Shown: positions 49,657 through 58,969 of the stretch, one piece after another
How positions within the stretch are numbered: the first letter of the stretch is position 1
How the letters are laid out: each line of letters starts with the position of its first letter
Origin: Candidatus Krumholzibacteriota bacterium
GTDB lineage: Bacteria > Krumholzibacteriota > Krumholzibacteriia > JAJRXK01
Reading direction: 5' to 3'
Length of the DNA stretch: 64,000 nt
NCBI GenBank assembly: GCA_963806035.1
Contig: CAWDWO010000011.1
Location: 1-64,000 of the forward strand
The notes under the pieces: model-generated
Told to the model about the DNA's origin: nothing
Database searches by the model: none
Seen by the model: the letters and a program-made list of their open reading frames with translations, nothing else
Translations under genes and position numbers: made by a program

Positions 49657-51144
49657 TCAGTCCTGGAGGGGAACGAGGCGGTAGAGGGTGTAGTACACCG
49701 GTTCAGGATGCGTCAGACCGAGATTCGAGACCTCACCATCGAGGACGGCCTGCAAGCGAAAGTCCCCGAGGATCTGGTTCGCCAGGGCCCGCGGAGCATC
49801 CCGGCGGTCCACCAGCCACTGGGGGGTGGCGAAACGCAGGAAGAGGCCCTGCCGCAGGATGCGCTCATCGTCCACCTCGTCCCGTAGGCGGTTGATTCCC
49901 GGATGCACGAGGCCGCCCAGATCGAGGATGCTTCTCTGGCTGCGGTATCCGACGAGCCCGATGTCGTAGATTGCGACCAGCGCGTCGCTGGCGGTGTTCG
50001 CTCTCAACCAATCCCCGATGCGCCCCAGGGTGAGCTCCGCGCTGGCGGAGTAGGCCCGCACGCTGGGAGCAACCCACAGCGCGCTGAGACAAAGAGCGAG
50101 AATGAGCTGGGCCGAGACCACCGCGCGGGCCAGCGATTGCCAGTGCAGGGATGCGAGGCCCCGGCAGCAGAGAAACAGGAGCACGGGCAAGAGGATCTCC
50201 AGATAGCGACTGACCAGGCTGACATCCTTGACCAGATAGGCGCAGGGCAGAAGAACCAGCCAGAGAAGAAGCACCGGGTCCAACCATTTCCAGCCTTCGG
50301 GCCGAGCTAGTCCGCGCAGGTAAGAGGCCATTCCCAAAAGCGGAAGACCGGCTGCGACGAGAACCAAGCTCGTCAAGGTGAATGCGTTGTGCAGCAAGCG
50401 CTCGGGCCTGAGTCCGATGGGCGTGGACTTGGCCTGCAGGGTGGCGGGCACGACGGCCCCGTAGGCGTGGTAGGCGACGGCCGACCAGAGGAGCAGAGGG
50501 AAAACCCACGCCGCAAAAAAACGTAGGCGCCCCCTGCCCCCGCGCTCCAAGCAGATGCGCGCGCAAACCAGTCCGCCCAGGAGCAGAAGTTCGGGACGGA
50601 CCAGCGCCCCGCAGCCCAAGACCAGGCCCAGTCTTCCGCGGGGAATGTGGACGGGGGCACGCCCGGCAAGGTCCAGCACCAACACCACCACCAGGGCGCC
50701 CAGGGCGGTCTCCAGTCCCGAGCCGGACCAGCGCACGAACCAGGGCTCCGTCGCGAAGAGCAGGGTCGCTCCGATGCACCATCCGCGCGAGGGCAGGACA
50801 CGGCCTGCGGCGCGGGCGAAAAAGAACACCGCGAGCGCGCCCGCCGTCCAACCCAGAATCTTGAACGCCAGCAGAGGCGGGAGACCCAACCAGGCTCCGC
50901 ATGCTCCCAAGATGGCCCAGAGCGGCGAGGTGGCCGCGTTGACCCATTGATCGGGATTGAACACGAGCTGACCCCGCTGCGCCAGGTTCTGCGCCATGCG
51001 GGCGTAGATGTAGGAATCGTCGGTGATGTAGCTCCAGTAGAGGGGAATTTGCGCCAGATAGAGACCCAAGCCCAGGGCAATGGCCGCCCGGCTCGTGCTC
51101 TCCTTCGCGCGCATGAGGGGGGCCGGATCTCTCTCCGGACTCAT
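49657..51144 (-). CDS. Integral-membrane GT-C-type glycosyltransferase
   Basis: DDSYIYARMAQNL...FNP...TSPLW, SGLET, RPE, many TM helices, DIGLVGY...LDLGGLV. Confidence 0.72.
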   Translation of the reverse strand: MSPERDPAPLMRAKESTSRAAIALGLGLYLAQIPLYWSYITDDSYIYARMAQNLAQRGQLVFNPDQWVNAATSPLWAILGACGAWLGLPPLLAFKILGWTAGALAVFFFARAAGRVLPSRGWCIGATLLFATEPWFVRWSGSGLETALGALVVVLVLDLAGRAPVHIPRGRLGLVLGCGALVRPELLLLGGLVCARICLERGGRGRLRFFAAWVFPLLLWSAVAYHAYGAVVPATLQAKSTPIGLRPERLLHNAFTLTSLVLVAAGLPLLGMASYLRGLARPEGWKWLDPVLLLWLVLLPCAYLVKDVSLVSRYLEILLPVLLFLCCRGLASLHWQSLARAVVSAQLILALCLSALWVAPSVRAYSASAELTLGRIGDWLRANTASDALVAIYDIGLVGYRSQRSILDLGGLVHPGINRLRDEVDDERILRQGLFLRFATPQWLVDRRDAPRALANQILGDFRLQAVLDGEVSNLGLTHPEPVYYTLYRLVPLQD

Positions 51145-52106
51145 CGAGAGCGCCCCCGCGCTCGCTCGAGCCAACCCGCCTGTCGATGCAGCAACCAGCG
51201 CCGGGAACTCTCGGCTCCCACCAGCTTTTTGAATTCCGACACCCCGCGCAGTCCCAGGCTGGAGCCCAGGTTCATTCGTTTGCATCCGCGGGCCGCCGCA
51301 GCCTGGACTCCGGCCTTCACCATCATGGTCGCGGGAAAGACCTCACGGAGTCGCTCGCTGGTTCCCAGCCAGGCGAGGAACTCCGCACCCAAGTCGAAAC
51401 AGATGTGCATGCCCACCACCCTGCCTTCGTACTCGCAGGAGATGAGCAGGCTGGATTTCTCCTCCTCGACGATTTCCTCCAGAAAGCTCAGAGAATGCGG
51501 AACTCTCCCCCACTCTTCGCTGCGCCTCTGGTAGAGCGGATAGAAGGCACGCAGAAGATCCAGCTCGCGACTCTCGCGCGTGCTAAGTCCGCGCCTCTCG
51601 CTGCGGTTACATTCGTTGCGGCGATTGTGCGTGAGTGAGTGCCTCCAGAATCCCTCGAAGCCATCGGAGAGATCGATGATGGCGGTCTCGATGGGAAGGA
51701 GTTCCTGTTCCGCGCCGGCGGGGGGTGTCTCGTGACCCCACAAGATCTCACGCAGGATACAGCGCCGCCCTCCCAGCTTCAGATAGTGGCGCAGAATCGC
51801 GCGCTCCGCCTCCTGCTCTCCCTGCCGGCTCACCGGCCCCCCGTAGGTTCCGGCGATCCCGCTGGCGATGGCACGCAATCCCAGACGCGAGGAGAGGGCG
51901 AAGGGCATGCCGGACAGAAGCTTTCCATCCTCGTCCCGCAGCTCGAGCCAACGCGCCCGCTTGCGCGGATGGTGGCGCACGAAGCGCTTCAACCAGCCGG
52001 GAGCCTGAAACAGCAGGGATCGAGGATCGCTCGCCAGCAGTTCCGCCCACTCCCCGGCATCGACCTCATCTCTGGTTCTGATTGCAAAGCCAGATTGGCG
52101 CATCAC
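51141..52106 (-). CDS. GNAT/FemAB-like acyltransferase
   Basis: LFQAPGW, YGGP, IDL...RRNECNRSERRGL, NLGSS...SEFKKLVGA. Confidence 0.75.
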   Translation of the reverse strand: MMRQSGFAIRTRDEVDAGEWAELLASDPRSLLFQAPGWLKRFVRHHPRKRARWLELRDEDGKLLSGMPFALSSRLGLRAIASGIAGTYGGPVSRQGEQEAERAILRHYLKLGGRRCILREILWGHETPPAGAEQELLPIETAIIDLSDGFEGFWRHSLTHNRRNECNRSERRGLSTRESRELDLLRAFYPLYQRRSEEWGRVPHSLSFLEEIVEEEKSSLLISCEYEGRVVGMHICFDLGAEFLAWLGTSERLREVFPATMMVKAGVQAAAARGCKRMNLGSSLGLRGVSEFKKLVGAESSRRWLLHRQAGWLERARGRSR

Positions 52107-52114
52107 GGCGTCTT

Positions 52115-53537
52115 CTAATCGGAGGAGTCATCGTGGTCGGGAATCCACTCCGCCAAACGGCGGCGGATTCCCTTTTCGGTCCCCGGCAAGAGCCAGGGAA
52201 CGCAGTTCTTCTACTACGGTGTCTGCTGCGAAACCTCGCGGAATTTCCGGCCGTGCGCTGAGGATCTGCGAATGCGGTCCCGGCTCCGTTCTCTCGGTGG
52301 TCGCAAGGTACACTTCCTCGAGCTTTTCCCCCGGGCGGAGTCCGGTCTCCACGATTTCGATCCCATCGTCCTCGGTCAAACCCGCAAGCGCGATGACGTT
52401 CCGCGCCAGCTCGTAGATCTTGATCGCCTCACCCATGTCCAGAATGAAGATCTCTCCCCCCTGCCCACCGGCCATGGCCTGAACCACCAACATCGCAGCT
52501 TCCTTGATGGTCATGAAGTAGCGGCTGGCCCGTTTGTCGGTGACGGTGAGAGGCCCTCCTCGCCGTAGCTGACGCTGGAAAATCGGCACGACGCTGCCGC
52601 GGCTGCCCAAAACGTTGCCGAAACGCACCGCCATGTAACAGGCATGATTTCTCTTGGCCGCGCACTGCACGAGAAACTCCGCGATCCTCTTGGTCGAACC
52701 CATGACGCTGCGCGGATGGACCGCTTTGTCGGTGGAGAGCATCACGAAGCGCGAAGCTCCCACCATCTCGCAGAAGCGCAGGAGGTTGGCCGTCCCCACC
52801 ACGTTGACCATCACCGCTTCTTCGGGATAGATCTCCATGAAGGGAACGTGCTTGTGAGCCGCGGCGTGCACGATGACTTCGGGCTTGAGATCTTTGGCCA
52901 AGAACTTCAGGCGGTCCATGTCGCGGACGTCAGCCAGCACCGCACGGCTGTCCCGGTAGCCCATGCCCTCGCGCAGCTCCTCTTCGATCTCGAAGAGGCT
53001 GTTTTCACCGCGACCCAAAAGCCAAAGACGCGAGGGACGGAAGGAAACGATCTGACGGCAGATCTCGCTGCCAATACTCCCCCCAGCTCCGGTGATGAGA
53101 ACTTCCCGCCCCTCCACCACTTGCCGGATCGGGCCCTTCTCGAGGGTAACGGTTTCGCGTCCGAGCAGATCCTCGGGGGCGATCTCGCGCACCTGTTCGA
53201 AGCTCACCGTGCCCTCGATGATGTCGCGGACGCCGGGCACGATTCGCACCGGAACGCGCGCTTTCTGCGCCAAGGAGATGAGCCGCCGCACCACCGAGCC
53301 CAGACCGGAGGGAATGGCGATGACGATCTCGTCGATGGCCAGCTCGCGAACGAAACGCTGCACCTCATCACTGGTGCCAGCGACGCTCTTTCCCAGAATG
53401 GACTTTCCCAACAACGCGGGATCGTCATCGAGAAACGCGATGACCTCCCGGTTGTACTCCTCTCCGTTTTCGCTCAGCTCTTCGGCGATCATGCGGCCGG
53501 CCGAGCCGGCGCCAATAATGAGGACTCTTCTCTTCAT
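52115..53537 (-). CDS. CapD/PglF-like nucleotide-sugar 4,6-dehydratase (apparent frameshift ~52172; stop as read at 52128)
   Basis: IGAGSAG, EDLLGR, TGAGGSIGSE, HAAAHKHVP, STDKAV, VRFGNVLGSRGSV, GLRPGEKL. Removing one base gives ...IRRRLAEWIPDHDDSSD* ending at 52115. Confidence 0.88.
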
Positions 53538-55966
53538 CTCTCCACCGCGAGCACTGCCGTGGCCGAGCCACCGGCGCGGCTCACCCGAACGATGTAGAGC
53601 CCGCTGGCCGCGTTATTGAATTTCAGATCTTTGACGTCCCACACCGCGCGCGTCTGCAGCTCCTGGCTGGTGAAATTGGACTCGGTGATCAAGGTTCCCT
53701 GGAGATCGAAGACCTGCACCTTTACCTCGCCCGAGCCCTCGATTCCGCGCAGGAAGATGCCGTCCTGCGCTCCTTCGCGCCCCGGGTAGGGGTTGGGATA
53801 GATGACGAAGGAAATCTGGTCCGCCGGCGGCTGCGCCTCGATGCCGATACTGGTCGAAACGCGGCTCGCGCCGATGGTGCTGCCGAACAGCATTTCCTGC
53901 CTGACCGGATCGTAGACGATGTTCTGCAATTCGGCTCCCGCCATGGGCGAAATCACCTCTCCGCGATAGCCGGAGAGCTGTAGCTGGAAGGTGAAGAAGG
54001 CATCGACGGTCGTCCAGGCGTCGATTTTCAGCTGATCCGCGGCGACATCCAGTCGATTCAAACCGGCCGCGGTGGTCACCCACAGGCGACCGCTGGGATC
54101 GAAGACACATCCCGAGGTGTTTCCGCTGAGCAGTCCGAGTCCGGCCTGGCCGGTACGGAAGACCCGCAGGAATTTGATCCGGTCGGAGACATTGGCCAGA
54201 AACGGCGTGTAGCGCATCTCCAGCACGCCCAGATCCGCCGCGGCAATGTAGATGAGCCCGTTCGGGGCGATCGCCACCTGACGCGGTTGCTTGAAGGCCA
54301 CCGCGCTCGAGGCGCCGACGTAGGGAATGAGGTCCCAGGCCTCACTGGAGTTGAATTGACTGGTCCGCATGATCCCGTCGTTGGCCAGGCCGTCGTAGTC
54401 CCAGCGCTGCACTCCCTCGCCATCGATGCAAATCCATGCAATACCCCCTGGGGATTGGAAAGTGACACTGGTCACCCACCCATCCAGGAGCTGACTGTTG
54501 GCGGGCGAGAGTTGCCTCCAAGCCGTGGGATCTTCCGGGCGGCTTTTGTCCTCGAGAATGTCGATTCCCAGACCGGCATCGGCGAGATCCCCCTCGCTGA
54601 GGAGCCAGATTCTGCCCTGTGGGTCCTCCGCGATCTGACGAATGCGCCGCAGTCGGAGCGGGCTCTCATCCGGCACCAGATCGAGATATTCCGCGCTCGC
54701 GGGGTCGTCGTCGGGCGAAGGACGCAGGCGCGTGAGACAATCCCGGAAGGTGCTCACCCAAAGATCGGAGTTGGAATCGAGGGCCAGTCCAAAATTGGTC
54801 CGATTGGAGCACCAGCCGAATCCGGCGACCGACTGTTCGTAGTCGTAGTGCACGAAGCTGCCGTCGGCGCGCCAATGCGTCAGTCCCGTGTAAGGAGCCA
54901 GACAACTCACCCAGGCTCCGCCTTTGCCGTCGGGAACCATGTTCTGCACGTTGACCCCGAGCAATCCGATGGCGGTGAGGACGCGTCCCGAATCCGGCTC
55001 GAGTAAGCAAGCGCGGGGACCCTGCAAATTGCGCTGCAAGTCGACCTGGTATCCTCCGTACCACACCTGACCTTGACCGTCCGGGGCCAGCGTTTGCAAA
55101 ACCCTCCCGCTGAGGTCCAGGGCCCGGCTCTGCCATTGACCCGACTGCGCATCGAGTCGCCAGGCCGTCCCGGTATAGCCCAGGCCGACGAGATCCTGTC
55201 CGTCGAGCTTCATGGCAACTAAGCTGTCGCTCAATCCAGTCCCGAACTCCGCCCACGTCCCGCTGCCTGGGTCGAATTTCTTGACTCCCGCCCGGTCGGC
55301 GACGAAAACGCCCGGGGATCCGGCCACCAGTCCCCTGACCACTTCGAGATCGAGTCCGCCGTTGAAGGTCTGAAAGATGCCGTCCTTGAGACGACTCAGT
55401 CCTCCCTGGGTGGCAAACCAAGCTTCTCCTCCGTAGGCCGCCGCGTAGAGTACGCGATCGTCCGCGAGCCCCTCATCCGCCGCGGTATAAATTGCTTCGG
55501 GCACCCCCGAGCTGAGACGGCCGGCGCCGTCGAGGCGCGTTCCGTAGTAGACGAAGTTGCCGTCCGTCGCGACCGCGGTGATCTCCAGCGAGGCCAGGTT
55601 CTGGGCCACCGCCCGCACACCGAAGCCAGCGTCGATGCGGCAGAGACCCGCGGGAGAGATACCCTCGCCCCCCGTGGCCACCCAGAGTTCGCCCCCCGAC
55701 GAAACGGCCAGGCCGCTGATCGCGTCGGAACTGAGTCCATCGCCACTGTTGAAGCGGCGGATCGCTCCGCTGGTGGGATCGACGATGAGCAGTCCACCCT
55801 GAGGCGTGGCGGCGACGAGCTTGCCCTCGAAGAGGGTCATGTGCTGGACCTCGCGCAGCTGGGCGGCGGTGGCCCAGGGTCCGGCTTCGCTCAAGTCGGC
55901 GGAAGCATGCGGTGGCCGAAGAACGAGGGTGAGGAAAATGAGCGTCCAGAAGATGCAGGTTTTCAT
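53534..55966 (-). CDS. Secreted beta-propeller protein with T9SS/FlgD-Ig-like C-terminal domain (PorZ-like architecture)
   Basis: Signal peptide, propeller repeats (DGLSSDAISGLA, DPQGRIW, DPSGRLWVTT), C-terminal YPNP...VFDLQG...WD...ASGLYIV. Confidence 0.7.
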   Translation of the reverse strand: MKTCIFWTLIFLTLVLRPPHASADLSEAGPWATAAQLREVQHMTLFEGKLVAATPQGGLLIVDPTSGAIRRFNSGDGLSSDAISGLAVSSGGELWVATGGEGISPAGLCRIDAGFGVRAVAQNLASLEITAVATDGNFVYYGTRLDGAGRLSSGVPEAIYTAADEGLADDRVLYAAAYGGEAWFATQGGLSRLKDGIFQTFNGGLDLEVVRGLVAGSPGVFVADRAGVKKFDPGSGTWAEFGTGLSDSLVAMKLDGQDLVGLGYTGTAWRLDAQSGQWQSRALDLSGRVLQTLAPDGQGQVWYGGYQVDLQRNLQGPRACLLEPDSGRVLTAIGLLGVNVQNMVPDGKGGAWVSCLAPYTGLTHWRADGSFVHYDYEQSVAGFGWCSNRTNFGLALDSNSDLWVSTFRDCLTRLRPSPDDDPASAEYLDLVPDESPLRLRRIRQIAEDPQGRIWLLSEGDLADAGLGIDILEDKSRPEDPTAWRQLSPANSQLLDGWVTSVTFQSPGGIAWICIDGEGVQRWDYDGLANDGIMRTSQFNSSEAWDLIPYVGASSAVAFKQPRQVAIAPNGLIYIAAADLGVLEMRYTPFLANVSDRIKFLRVFRTGQAGLGLLSGNTSGCVFDPSGRLWVTTAAGLNRLDVAADQLKIDAWTTVDAFFTFQLQLSGYRGEVISPMAGAELQNIVYDPVRQEMLFGSTIGASRVSTSIGIEAQPPADQISFVIYPNPYPGREGAQDGIFLRGIEGSGEVKVQVFDLQGTLITESNFTSQELQTRAVWDVKDLKFNNAASGLYIVRVSRAGGSATAVLAVER

Positions 55967-55976
55967 ACGATCCACT

Positions 55977-58109
55977 TCAAGAACTTCGGGGAAGTCGGTG
56001 CCAGTAGTCACGACGAAAGAGGATTCCCGGCAGAGCCGACAGCAGGAGATCCAAATCGAGCGTCAGCGACCACTGCTCCAGATAATCGAGATCACTGGAA
56101 ACGAGGGACTCGAGAGTCGTCTCGTTGCACTCTTGTTGCCAGAGGCCCGCGAGACCGGGCTTGACGGCGAACCGTAGCAAGTGGATCGGACGGAGCTCCT
56201 TTTCCCGCAGTGGAGAAAATGCGTACGGTCCCACCAAACTGAGCTGTCCGGTGAGAACCTGCCAAAAGACGGGCAGCTGCACCAAACCCCAGAGCGCGCG
56301 CCCACTGCGGCCACTCACGAGTTCCGGCCAGTGGAGGATTCGCCGGCGTTGGCCGAGCCTCTCGGAGTCCCGCCAGCGGACGAGGCCCAAGGGCCGCCCC
56401 AAGGCTGAGCATAGCACGAAGCCGGGGAGTGACAAAAGGCAGAGCAGCGCCCCCGTGATCCGATCCACCGCCGCTTTGGCCCATGCGCCCTCGGCGAGCA
56501 TGGAAGGGGGGCGAATCTGCAACCACGCAGATCCATGCCGGCGAATCAGCCCGTCCATCCCGCGCAGTACCTCCGCCCACGGGGGCAAGAGGTAAACCGT
56601 CACGCCACTGGCCGCGATCTGCCTGAGTTTCGCTACGGTCAGCTCTCTCTGCTTCATCCCGCCCGCGACCAGGACTTCGCCGAGCCGGTAGTTTTCGACG
56701 ATTTCCTCCAGCCTCTCCACTGGCCCCAGGACGCGGAGGGTCCCTCCCTGCGCAGTCCCCGGCCCGGCAAGCGGAACTTGCCCCGCCACGATCAAGGATT
56801 CACGGGCTCGTGCGGAGAGCATCGTCCTCAGGCGTTCCACCTCCACCGCGTCTCCCACGAGAGCGGCACGGTCGAATCCACTAGCTGCCGTGCCTCCGGC
56901 CAAGAGACGCTTCAGAAGAACCCGTGAGAGTTGCAGAGCCACCGTCAACAGGGGAAAGAGAAAGACGATGACGAGACGGCTGAAGGTCCGTGTGTGAGCA
57001 AGCCAGGTTCCCGCCATGACGAGTAGTGTCACGGTGAGTGCAAGCCGTCCGCTGTCGATCCATCGCGAGAGGGGCCGCTCGTTGTGAGTCGAAACGTAAC
57101 GGCCCGCCAGAGGAAGAGTGAAGGCCGCCACCACGTTGGTGAATGCGAGTAGAGGCAGGTACTCGGCAAAGGCGTAGAGCGGCAAGGGAAGTGCCGGTTG
57201 CAAGAGCAAACGAGCGAAATAGGACGCCAAGAATGCCACATTCAAAAATACGAGATCGAGAACGAAGGCACTCAGCTTCTCCCAGCCGCGACGCAACTGC
57301 TTCGCCACGTAGACCAGTGCTCCCCACTTGTCGTAGTAACTGGCGAACGAGCGCAAGTGATAGAGCAAAGTTCTGTTCAAGCCACCGCTGCTGCGCTCGT
57401 AGGCGTGAACGAAGCTGGACTCGGGAAAATAGTGCACCTCGAATCCACCGGCCCACATCCGGTAGCACCAGTCGACGTCCTCGAAGTACATGAAAAAGCG
57501 GCCATCCATCTTGCCGACCGCGTCGATGGCGGATCGTCGCACCAGCATCCACGCTCCCATCACCCAGTCCACCGGGCGGGGATGCTCCAGGTCGTCATCG
57601 AGCATGAGGTGGCGTCTCAGTTCGGGATGATCGGGTTTCAAGCGTCCCAGGGGCGTCCGCCGCAAGAGTATCGTCTGGAGGGTATAGAAGCGGCGCGCAC
57701 TGTTCTGCAGCGAACCGTCTCGATTGAGCAGGCGGGCGCCCACGATGCCCGCTTCGGGATGTTCCTCGAGGTACTTCAGAGCACGGTCGACTCCTCCCTC
57801 GGAAAGCTCCACGTCGGGGTTGATGACGAGTATGGCGCGCCCATTCGCGTGCTCGATGCCCGCATTCACACCACGGGCGTAGCCCAGGTTCTTGGGGCTG
57901 GAGAGGAGCGTGACTTCGGGGTGTTCCTTTTCGATCCAGTCCGCCACGCCGTCTCCCGGCGCGTTGTCCACCAGCAGAATCTCGTGCGAGGCCTCGATGG
58001 GGTGGCGGCGATAGCTCTCGAAGAAGGCCCGGAGAGGCTGAGCACTGTGGTAACTCACGAGGACGATCGTGAGTTCCAGGGAAGGCATTTGCGTGCTCGT
58101 AGTTCTCAT
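55977..58109 (-). CDS. GT2 glycosyltransferase fused to TM helices and a degenerate bacterial sugar-transferase domain
   Basis: VDNA, NLGYARGVN, INPD, FFMYFEDVDWC; TM region; C-terminal SLVGP...KPGLAGLWQ...DLDYLEQWSLTLDL. Confidence 0.85.
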   Translation of the reverse strand: MRTTSTQMPSLELTIVLVSYHSAQPLRAFFESYRRHPIEASHEILLVDNAPGDGVADWIEKEHPEVTLLSSPKNLGYARGVNAGIEHANGRAILVINPDVELSEGGVDRALKYLEEHPEAGIVGARLLNRDGSLQNSARRFYTLQTILLRRTPLGRLKPDHPELRRHLMLDDDLEHPRPVDWVMGAWMLVRRSAIDAVGKMDGRFFMYFEDVDWCYRMWAGGFEVHYFPESSFVHAYERSSGGLNRTLLYHLRSFASYYDKWGALVYVAKQLRRGWEKLSAFVLDLVFLNVAFLASYFARLLLQPALPLPLYAFAEYLPLLAFTNVVAAFTLPLAGRYVSTHNERPLSRWIDSGRLALTVTLLVMAGTWLAHTRTFSRLVIVFLFPLLTVALQLSRVLLKRLLAGGTAASGFDRAALVGDAVEVERLRTMLSARARESLIVAGQVPLAGPGTAQGGTLRVLGPVERLEEIVENYRLGEVLVAGGMKQRELTVAKLRQIAASGVTVYLLPPWAEVLRGMDGLIRRHGSAWLQIRPPSMLAEGAWAKAAVDRITGALLCLLSLPGFVLCSALGRPLGLVRWRDSERLGQRRRILHWPELVSGRSGRALWGLVQLPVFWQVLTGQLSLVGPYAFSPLREKELRPIHLLRFAVKPGLAGLWQQECNETTLESLVSSDLDYLEQWSLTLDLDLLLSALPGILFRRDYWHRLPRSS

Positions 58110-58819
58110 TCGCTGGAAGCGGAGAAGAAGCGCAGACGCCAGACGACCCAAGCCGCCTCCCAGATGATCCGTCTGGACATCTTGCTCTCTCCCACCACGC
58201 GGTCGGTGAAGACGATGGGGATCTCGCGAATTTGAAACCCGCGCCTCCACGCGTGATAGTTCAGTTCGATCTGGAATCCGTATCCGTCGCTGTGGACCCG
58301 GCTCAGCGGGAGGCTCTGCAGAGTACGGCGCCGGAAGCACTTGAAGCCACCGGTACAGTCTTTCAGCGGAAGACCGGTGACCGCGGCAGCGTAGTAGTTG
58401 GCGAAAACCGACAGGAAGAGGCGCGACAGAGGCCAGTTCATGACCGTGATGCCGTTCACGTAGCGACTCCCGATCACCAAGTCACAGTGTTGGATCGTTT
58501 CCAGGAAGCTGGGAATTGCCGCGGGATCGTGCGAGAAATCGGCATCCATCTCGAAAATGTACTCCGCATCGGTCTCCGCGAGTGCCCACTGGAATCCGGC
58601 CAGGTAGGCCGTTCCCAGGCCCTGCTTCCCCTCCCGTTCGATGAGATGAATACGCGATTCGCTCTGCATCATTTGCGTGACGACAGCGCCGGTGCCGTCG
58701 GGGCTGCTGTCATCCACGACCAGGACGTCGATTCCCGGATCCTGTTTCAGGATCTCAGGAATGATGCGCCCGATGTTGTGCCGCTCGTTATAGGTGGGGA
58801 TCACGATCAGAGCTTTCAT
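58106..58819 (-). CDS. Polyprenol monophosphomannose synthase (DPM1-like GT2)
   Basis: IPTYNE, VDDSSPDGT, GLGTAY, EMDADFSHDP, GSRY, DCTGGFK, GESKMS. Confidence 0.92.
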   Translation of the reverse strand: MKALIVIPTYNERHNIGRIIPEILKQDPGIDVLVVDDSSPDGTGAVVTQMMQSESRIHLIEREGKQGLGTAYLAGFQWALAETDAEYIFEMDADFSHDPAAIPSFLETIQHCDLVIGSRYVNGITVMNWPLSRLFLSVFANYYAAAVTGLPLKDCTGGFKCFRRRTLQSLPLSRVHSDGYGFQIELNYHAWRRGFQIREIPIVFTDRVVGESKMSRRIIWEAAWVVWRLRFFSASSE

Positions 58820-58969
58820 CCGCTTCCAACGCTCCTCACGAACTCAGGGACCAGCGTGACGTGGGCTGAGAGCTGCCCTCTGCGTTGCCAGCCTAGTCGG
58901 GCTCGCAGCGGCTGGCAATCATCGAAATCCGGCGCCTGCGCTCCCTGAGTATACCCCATTCCGCCGGCA

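Noticed and set aside
58842..58950. SRP (4.5S) RNA or tRNA identity for the structured element
   Set aside because: No GGAA tetraloop with the AGG/AGCAG internal loop, and no cloverleaf or TTC loop.
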